From IMG/VR virus record IMGVR_UViG_3300037067_018554, positions 4,060 through 68,059 of that record: DNA of 64,000 bases; one strand, 5' to 3'. Both the position numbers and the translations under genes were made by a program. This DNA is from a virus. Taxonomy: Duplodnaviria; Caudoviricetes. This document shows, piece by piece, positions 57,741-64,000 of this stretch. The notes below the pieces were generated by a model. That model saw nothing but the letters and a program-made list of their open reading frames with translations, was not told the origin of the DNA and ran no database searches. Within the stretch, counting starts at the first letter, position 1, and the number at the start of each line of letters is the position of its first letter.

Positions 57741-60349
57741 TGTCTGTGTCCGAACGACGGCTTGCTGCCTATACAGATGCCCTACTTAAGGAATACATCC
57801 AAGATGGCACATTGCCAGATGAAACGCTTATGGAAAAAGCGCTTAATACAAAATTTGCCAATTACTATAATCCAGCCACTGGCAATTTTGATATTAATAG
57901 ACCTCTATGGGAACAACACTCTATAGGATATAGAACAATCAGCGATTATACCACCTGGAATACGATTCAAACCCAGGCAAGCGAAGACTTCGATATCCTT
58001 TATAGTGAATCTCTTGCTGATGCCAAAACCCTGACAGACAAGCTATATGAATATAGCACCAAAGCAGCAATGACCCGAAGACGGCTTGCGCGTTTAGTTA
58101 ATAGAATAGAGAATCTATTACTATTAGGTAATGACACAGCGGGGTTCCTAGACTCCTTTTATGACACCTTCATCGATGACCAATATGTATCAAGATATAC
58201 CCCGGTTTCAACTACTGCTTTTGTTAATGTTGATAAGCAGCTAGTTGAATTACCCGAGGATACATCAAGTGAAATAGATGGTGCTGTAGAAACAAGCTCT
58301 ATTTTAAACCTCACAGCTATCAAAAACTCCGATATCAAAATGGCCGTCCAAAATAGCGTAGCCTCTGTTATAAGTATTTCCAACGCTTCATTAACTGATA
58401 TTTTTAACAATCAGGCAGTAGCTTGGCAAAAAGAGTTTATCCTTAATAATACAGAACCACTACGATTAGAGATTACCGTAAGGGTATCTCCTCTCGAGCC
58501 AGTTTCAATTAATAGAATTGAGCTCGCCACTAAGATGCCAGATGCTACTAATCAGGTATTAATCCAGGCCCAGTATTCCCCGGATGGCATTAGCTTTTAT
58601 GATGTACCATCAGTAACAAACCCACAATACTCTCGAGGCGAAACGCAGTTTATATTTAGAACTATATGGGCTACACACTTTAAGTTCTATTTTACTAAGA
58701 CAGTGCCTGATAATGGTAATAGCTACTATATGGGAATACAATACATTAACTTCATGGAAATGAAATATGCTGATTCCGCAATCCTCTATTCAACTCCAAT
58801 TACTAGACCCAACAATTTAGTAATCAATCGAGTAGCCTGCGAGGTATGCGAAAACTGTCCACAGGGGACCGAGATCGAATATTTTGTCGGCTATCCAACT
58901 GGCTCTGGATCTGAGTATGTATTCACTCCAATAAGCCACACCGCTGACGATAGTCCAGAACACGCCAAAATAGTCGATGTCAGTCACCTAAGTGAAATAG
59001 ATACCATTAATCCGAGTGATGCGTGGTTAATTAACTCATCGGGTAGGCTCGAGATTAATTTATCAGAAATAGCCTCTGAGGGGTTTATCGCTTCAGATCC
59101 CAATGTACTAGAAACCCTGCTTGTTTATAGAGGACTTGGGCCCGACATAGCAGAAGCTACACAGCCCTACAACGCGACAGGTTACGATTCAGATACAACT
59201 CTTTTTGGGTCTGGGGCCTTCGTTACACATGTGGAGATCAATAACCCAGAAGGAATTACCTGGGACTTAGGAACTACAGTATTGGCCGTAGATGATAAAT
59301 TATGTACTGGGCACACAACGCTCACTATGGGCCTTCATAAAATAGCTACTCCTCGACTTGATATACATCAGGAAACTATAGCTTCAGGGTGTGATGCATA
59401 CTTTGGTTATAAAGCACAGCTAGCATCCTATTATGATTTTGATAATAACATTGACATAGAGGATGTTCGCTACTATACATATGAATCTGCCAGTGGCATT
59501 ATTACTATTAATCCCATACCGACCCAATCGGGGATTATTGAAGTCGATAACAAGTTGTCATTCGAGTATGATAACAATACCTATTCTTCTGCTATCATAC
59601 CCATCACTATAGGAAATACCGCCGCGATTACACTAAACGCTACTTTAAACAATGGGTTAATTGTCAGCTTCACTGATGGTGGGCACTGGATAAACGAAAT
59701 TCATCTGGACCTATCTACTAATTTTACAAATAATGTCCTTAGAATTGAACGAACCTATGACGGTATCACCTGGGACGTCATTGATGATAAGCAAGCTGTC
59801 CTACAAACTGGAACAAGCATTGCTGGCTACATTAAGTTCGACGCCCCATTCTATGCTACAAAAGTTCGGGTCTCTATCAAGCAAGGTTCCAATCTAACAA
59901 TAGCAGCCAATGGAATCTCCCTTTATGAGCCAGTATTTATAACTAATAATACAGTTATGAGCAAACCTCTCATGTTAGAGTACGGTAACACATGGGATAA
60001 AATTCTTGATCCGTGGGATGGTTCTCAAACAATTAACATTATTAACTATTATAATAGTGTAGTTCTTGGCAACACCACGCCGTCCCCCACCGGCAGTAGT
60101 ATTGCTGGCATTACAATCCCACATATAAGACTAAAGATATTCAATGCTAATATATCTCCCTATATGCATCCATTATCTATTACTGGGATACCACTAAATA
60201 GCGAATCGATATACATATACTGCAAGTATGTTAAACAGCAGGATGCAGATACCCTCAATCATGTCATCTTAAAAGCTATTCTTTATGGAAATGAAGAAGA
60301 TAACTCTATAACACCAGAGCTGCTTAGTTACCGCGTAAAAATGTCTTAA
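57740..60349 (+). CDS. Baseplate arm/fibre protein (paralogue 3 of 3)
   Basis: TWNT...DFDILY, FYDTFID, FVNVDKQLVELP; TAATG coupling. Confidence 0.65.
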   Translation: MSVSERRLAAYTDALLKEYIQDGTLPDETLMEKALNTKFANYYNPATGNFDINRPLWEQHSIGYRTISDYTTWNTIQTQASEDFDILYSESLADAKTLTDKLYEYSTKAAMTRRRLARLVNRIENLLLLGNDTAGFLDSFYDTFIDDQYVSRYTPVSTTAFVNVDKQLVELPEDTSSEIDGAVETSSILNLTAIKNSDIKMAVQNSVASVISISNASLTDIFNNQAVAWQKEFILNNTEPLRLEITVRVSPLEPVSINRIELATKMPDATNQVLIQAQYSPDGISFYDVPSVTNPQYSRGETQFIFRTIWATHFKFYFTKTVPDNGNSYYMGIQYINFMEMKYADSAILYSTPITRPNNLVINRVACEVCENCPQGTEIEYFVGYPTGSGSEYVFTPISHTADDSPEHAKIVDVSHLSEIDTINPSDAWLINSSGRLEINLSEIASEGFIASDPNVLETLLVYRGLGPDIAEATQPYNATGYDSDTTLFGSGAFVTHVEINNPEGITWDLGTTVLAVDDKLCTGHTTLTMGLHKIATPRLDIHQETIASGCDAYFGYKAQLASYYDFDNNIDIEDVRYYTYESASGIITINPIPTQSGIIEVDNKLSFEYDNNTYSSAIIPITIGNTAAITLNATLNNGLIVSFTDGGHWINEIHLDLSTNFTNNVLRIERTYDGITWDVIDDKQAVLQTGTSIAGYIKFDAPFYATKVRVSIKQGSNLTIAANGISLYEPVFITNNTVMSKPLMLEYGNTWDKILDPWDGSQTINIINYYNSVVLGNTTPSPTGSSIAGITIPHIRLKIFNANISPYMHPLSITGIPLNSESIYIYCKYVKQQDADTLNHVILKAILYGNEEDNSITPELLSYRVKMS

Positions 60350-60354
60350 AACAC

Positions 60355-60368
60355 ATTATAATATATAG
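60355..60368 (+). promoter_or_regulatory. Candidate late promoter ATTATAATATATAG
   Basis: Exact copy of the motif at 21090-21103; SD GGAGG and ATG 60389 follow. Confidence 0.55.
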
Positions 60369-60388
60369 TGAATTCTGGAGGCAAGCTG

Positions 60389-61648
60389 ATGGAACTTAAT
60401 TTCCAATTTCAGGCCCTAACTGGCGCTTATCGCGGCAGCTATAGCAACCAATTAAGCGATTTAGCTAAGCTTAATGCTATGTTATATTCGCTTGCCCTTG
60501 ACATGAATAATGTCGAAGCAGCTATCACAGCTCTCCAGAGTACATCGGAAGGCAATGTAGACGTTACTAAATTTGTGGTTAATACCCTAGATGGTAATGT
60601 CATTAAAGATAATTCTATTAGTGCAAGTAAAATCACTGATAGTAGCATTACCGGTAGTAAAATAATCACTAACTCAATTAGTGGTATTAAAAATGAGAAT
60701 ATCGCCTCAGATGCCGCTATCGCATCCTCTAAATTAGATCTATCTGGTCTTTCTCATACAGCACTAGAAAATATTGGATCCTATACACATGCGCAAATTG
60801 ATTCCTTGCTTAATGTGCTGTTTACCAATACAGGAGTTACTCAAGCTCCAGCATGGCCAAGTCTAACAAGTCGCATTTCGGGCATAGATAGTACTCTTAC
60901 TACATTAGGTGCCTTTGTCTCTATCGGATCACTTAAAACGACCTCACAAAACGTGCGTGGTTCACTTAATGAACTTCATGATGAAATAGCAACCATATCA
61001 GTAAGTGGGTATTTTAGCGGCGAAGCCTCTACGGGAACTACTGCTGCTGACTTTACTATTTATGAGGGCTATCTGGGGGCTCCTTCATACCCCTCGTATC
61101 TTGAATTCGAGCGTGGGACCAGCACAAATGGTCGCATTGGATATCCATATGATAGTGAAACATTACGGATATACAATGCAGATAGTAGCCCTATAGCTTG
61201 TGAAATTATAGGCGATCTAGATGTAAACCGCAACCTCGAAGTTGTACATAATACTATTCTAGGAACAGCCAGCGGAGATACTATTGCTTTTGATGGCAGC
61301 ATCAACAGCAATATAGTGCCATTCCACAGTGGAATCTATAACATAGGCTCTGCTCCCAGACCCTTCAACACCATATATGCTCATAGCATTGTTATGCAAC
61401 CAAGCGGGATTAGCGGCAGTCTAGACAGAGCAGGCACAGCCACAATACTCACAGGAAATGCCAATGTGTGTGTAAATGCAGATGTATCTCCAACTACATT
61501 AGCTTTTATTACCGCAACTGGTAATAATGCAGATGATATTAATCTACGTACTTTTAACTTATTAGCTGGTTCAGGTTTTGTAATTGGTACAAAAACAGGG
61601 GCTAATGTTACCAGTAATCTTACAGTCAACTGGATGGTTATTAACTAA
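60389..61648 (+). CDS. Tail fibre-like protein; start revised from GTG 60368 to ATG 60389
   Basis: SD GGAGG 7 nt before ATG 60389; repeats of the NSISASKI / SSITGSKI / AAIASSKL type typical of fibre shafts. Confidence 0.65.
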   Translation: MELNFQFQALTGAYRGSYSNQLSDLAKLNAMLYSLALDMNNVEAAITALQSTSEGNVDVTKFVVNTLDGNVIKDNSISASKITDSSITGSKIITNSISGIKNENIASDAAIASSKLDLSGLSHTALENIGSYTHAQIDSLLNVLFTNTGVTQAPAWPSLTSRISGIDSTLTTLGAFVSIGSLKTTSQNVRGSLNELHDEIATISVSGYFSGEASTGTTAADFTIYEGYLGAPSYPSYLEFERGTSTNGRIGYPYDSETLRIYNADSSPIACEIIGDLDVNRNLEVVHNTILGTASGDTIAFDGSINSNIVPFHSGIYNIGSAPRPFNTIYAHSIVMQPSGISGSLDRAGTATILTGNANVCVNADVSPTTLAFITATGNNADDINLRTFNLLAGSGFVIGTKTGANVTSNLTVNWMVIN

Positions 61649-61668
61649 CCTCCGTTACTTAAGGGAGA

Positions 61669-61863
61669 GTGGTAAGAATGAACGGGAATGTTATACCTGT
61701 AAATGACCACCACATAGCAATTATGCAAGCCCTGGATAGTAAGGTAAAAAAGACTATACAGAAGCTCAAGGTAATGAAACACTATTTAGAGCGCACAAAC
61801 AATTCAAATACCGCCGGAGTGGATCATGACGGAGCAAAACCAACAACAAGAAGCTCTTCGTAG
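61669..61863 (+). CDS. Small hypothetical protein (64 aa)
   Basis: SD GGGAG before GTG; short helical ORF. Confidence 0.4.
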   Translation: MVRMNGNVIPVNDHHIAIMQALDSKVKKTIQKLKVMKHYLERTNNSNTAGVDHDGAKPTTRSSS

Positions 61864-62314
61864 AGTAGACCAGCTCTCTTTCCTACTAGACCAATTTACC
61901 GGATCCGTTTCTCATCTAACCGATGCTTTAACCCAGGTAAATGAAAAACTAGATCAGGTAAGTGAATCTAATATTTTAACATCTTCAGATGTCGAACATT
62001 TGAAGGAAATAATCAATCAACTGAATAGAGTAGTCTTAGCGGGTAATGGGCAAGAATCCCTTCTATCCCGAGTTTCTAAACTAGAGCAATACTGTAAACA
62101 ACACCAAGACGAATATAGCAATTTAAAAGATAGAACCGATACACACCTAACCCAGCTTGCAGATAATGCTCCCAATAAAGAGTCCAAGCTAGTATCATCT
62201 CCAACTTTTTGGGCCGCCATTCTGGCTGTTGCTGGAAGTATTATTGCCCTGTTTTCTAATATTGGTGGAAAATTACTGGAAGTTATTAATAAGCTTATTG
62301 AAGCCCTAGGATAG
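61826..62314 (+). CDS. Coiled-coil protein with C-terminal TM helix (holin/XhlA-like topology)
   Basis: Heptad-rich N-terminal part then FWAAILAVAGSIIALF; SD GGAG upstream. Lysis role is an inference. Confidence 0.55.
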   Translation: MTEQNQQQEALRRVDQLSFLLDQFTGSVSHLTDALTQVNEKLDQVSESNILTSSDVEHLKEIINQLNRVVLAGNGQESLLSRVSKLEQYCKQHQDEYSNLKDRTDTHLTQLADNAPNKESKLVSSPTFWAAILAVAGSIIALFSNIGGKLLEVINKLIEALG

Positions 62315-62318
62315 CGAC

Positions 62319-62606
62319 ATGACAGATCTAGCCAATTATGTAAGTAATAATAGATTCACGGCAGCCATGAATGCTATCGATAATGAAATCGCCGCCCTAC
62401 AAGTATCGATCGCAGCTATTGACACAACTACGACCTCACAAGAGCTGATTAATACATCTCTAGAAAATTATGTTAGCAATACAAGATTTACTGCAGCTAT
62501 GGTAGCAGTTAATGATGCTATTGCCGCGCTCTCTACTTCTCTCAACAGTTTAACTACTCGAGTTGAAACTCTCGAAGCCAAGGTCAATGTTCTAGAAAAT
62601 GCCTAG
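62319..62606 (+). CDS. Small coiled-coil protein with internal duplication
   Basis: LANYVSNNRFTAAMNAIDNEIAAL and LENYVSNTRFTAAMVAVNDAIAAL. Confidence 0.65.
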   Translation: MTDLANYVSNNRFTAAMNAIDNEIAALQVSIAAIDTTTTSQELINTSLENYVSNTRFTAAMVAVNDAIAALSTSLNSLTTRVETLEAKVNVLENA

Positions 62607-62620
62607 GTGATATAAGCATA

Positions 62621-64000
62621 ATGGCAACCTCAGAATTCCTACCTCGTATTCTCATTAAAGATAACATAATTGAGCCTGGAACATCTGGTCAAATATTCCA
62701 GACTTATGATAGTGGTGTGCCCATTGCTGCTTGGGTTACTGTTTGGGGAGATGGGACTATTCTCCCTGGAGGGGAACTTGTTGTTTACGGCGTTGACCCC
62801 TCAGGTCACACACATGAGCACAATGATCTTAATGGTTTACAAGGTGGACAACCACCAGATCAATTTTATCATATCACCGAAGATCAATTTGGTGGCATTA
62901 CAACAGCCTTCAACCCTGCCTCTAATAACCGATTTTTAACAGCTGATGATCCTACTGTAACGCACTCCTTTATATCTGACTTCGATGATGCTGTAACAGA
63001 AATTGTAACAGCCTCTGGAGACCCAGCGCGGCTAAACCACGCTCTTCTGTTCAACCTGAACTCAACCAACTATACACACCTAACAGCAGCAAACCACACG
63101 GATTTAACTGACGGTGGCGACACAAATCTTCATATACACGATAATCGTTATTTCACAGAAACTGAAATCCAGGATCTACTGGCGGCTACTTCAGGATGGA
63201 TCTTTAGCGGATATATTCCATACACTGGCGCAACTCAAGACGCGAATTTGGGAACACATCTGCTAGAAGCTGGATCAGGAATCTTTCATGACCATGTGGG
63301 ATTTGGTGCCGTACACCCAGATTTCGCTATTGATGTTCTTGGATCTGGCCACTTTAGCAATAATATTCTACTCGATAATTATGCGGCTCTAATCACAGAT
63401 TGCATCCAAGACCGTTCAACGGGCGTTAATTATATTTTTAGACCCATAGGTACTGCTAGCTATACTAAAATAAGTGGCAGCGATGGGAATACTTACATAC
63501 AAGTAGGCCCATCATATATCACAAGTGCTGTTCTAGATGGCACTAGTCTACAACTACGCGATGATGGAAATTCCAAATTTTCCAGTCCCAAAAACTTTAT
63601 CTTCGATGCAGACACCGGTACTAATTTTATGATATATACTCCTAATTCTGGGGGTATAGCCTGGGATGCTGGAGCAACAAATGACATCCGAACATATAGT
63701 ACTCTCTATGCTCGCATGCGAGCTAAAGCTGGTACTGAACTATACGAAGATTATATTGGACTTCGATTATATAATGGATCGGGTAACCCAACTATTTTAT
63801 TGGACGCTCCAAGCGGTATTATCACTGGCCGTCAACTTGTTTCTGATATGCCTACTGGATTACCACCACTAGTGGTTAGTTCTACTACTCTTAGCTCTAA
63901 TCTCAATGCTGACTTATTAGATGGGCAACATGCCACATACTTTCTTGACACTTCCGCCACAGCCCAAACTAAAACTGGTAACCTCGTCTTAGGTGGAACA
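62621..64000 (+). CDS. Tail fibre protein, 3'-truncated by the window (not in ORF track)
   Basis: Hand-translated open frame from ATG 62621 to the end (460 codons); fibre motifs GHTHEH, HIHDNRYFTETE, NLNADLLDGQHA. Confidence 0.85.
   Translation, partial: MATSEFLPRILIKDNIIEPGTSGQIFQTYDSGVPIAAWVTVWGDGTILPGGELVVYGVDPSGHTHEHNDLNGLQGGQPPDQFYHITEDQFGGITTAFNPASNNRFLTADDPTVTHSFISDFDDAVTEIVTASGDPARLNHALLFNLNSTNYTHLTAANHTDLTDGGDTNLHIHDNRYFTETEIQDLLAATSGWIFSGYIPYTGATQDANLGTHLLEAGSGIFHDHVGFGAVHPDFAIDVLGSGHFSNNILLDNYAALITDCIQDRSTGVNYIFRPIGTASYTKISGSDGNTYIQVGPSYITSAVLDGTSLQLRDDGNSKFSSPKNFIFDADTGTNFMIYTPNSGGIAWDAGATNDIRTYSTLYARMRAKAGTELYEDYIGLRLYNGSGNPTILLDAPSGIITGRQLVSDMPTGLPPLVVSSTTLSSNLNADLLDGQHATYFLDTSATAQTKTGNLVLGGT

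Noticed and set aside
1-64000. Alternative genetic code (TAG or TGA recoding, as in some large phages)
   Set aside because: Genes are full length and densely packed in code 11. TAG ends many genes, including the tubulin just before its terminator, so there is no global recoding.
1-64000. CRISPR array, tRNA, rRNA, integrase or transposase
   Set aside because: No regularly spaced nucleotide repeats, cloverleaf or recombinase motifs were seen, and intergenic gaps are mostly very short. A tRNAscan/Infernal run would be needed to exclude divergent RNAs.

Overview
This window is a 64-kb segment of a large contractile-tailed (myovirus-type) dsDNA bacteriophage, almost entirely on the + strand, in standard code 11 with AGGAGG-type Shine-Dalgarno sites. 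Gene order: a host-sigma70 promoter driving two small ribbon-helix-helix-like genes and an FtsZ/tubulin-family GTPase; a putative terminase small subunit; a 1059-aa modular protein; a PD-(D/E)XK nuclease; several Gly/Ala-rich putative ejection proteins; TerL, portal, protease-scaffold, decoration and major capsid proteins; neck, sheath, three tube paralogues, two chaperones, tape measure, baseplate and tail fibres (the last runs off the window). The standout observation is ORF 32218..36135, which overlaps the end of the tape-measure gene. It carries, in the correct order, motifs matching a two-barrel (cellular-type) RNA polymerase in one chain: beta-like K393/K400, beta'-like R827-P, D885-A-D887-I-D889, and bridge-helix- and trigger-loop-like segments. 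It is therefore a candidate virion-delivered RNAP. Second, ORF 3941..7120 looks like a polyprotein cut into modules by four fixed-length EGLHPG-x14-FGSG motifs, one module being an intact DEDDh exonuclease. All assignments come from motif recognition by eye, with no database searches, and the host cannot be named.
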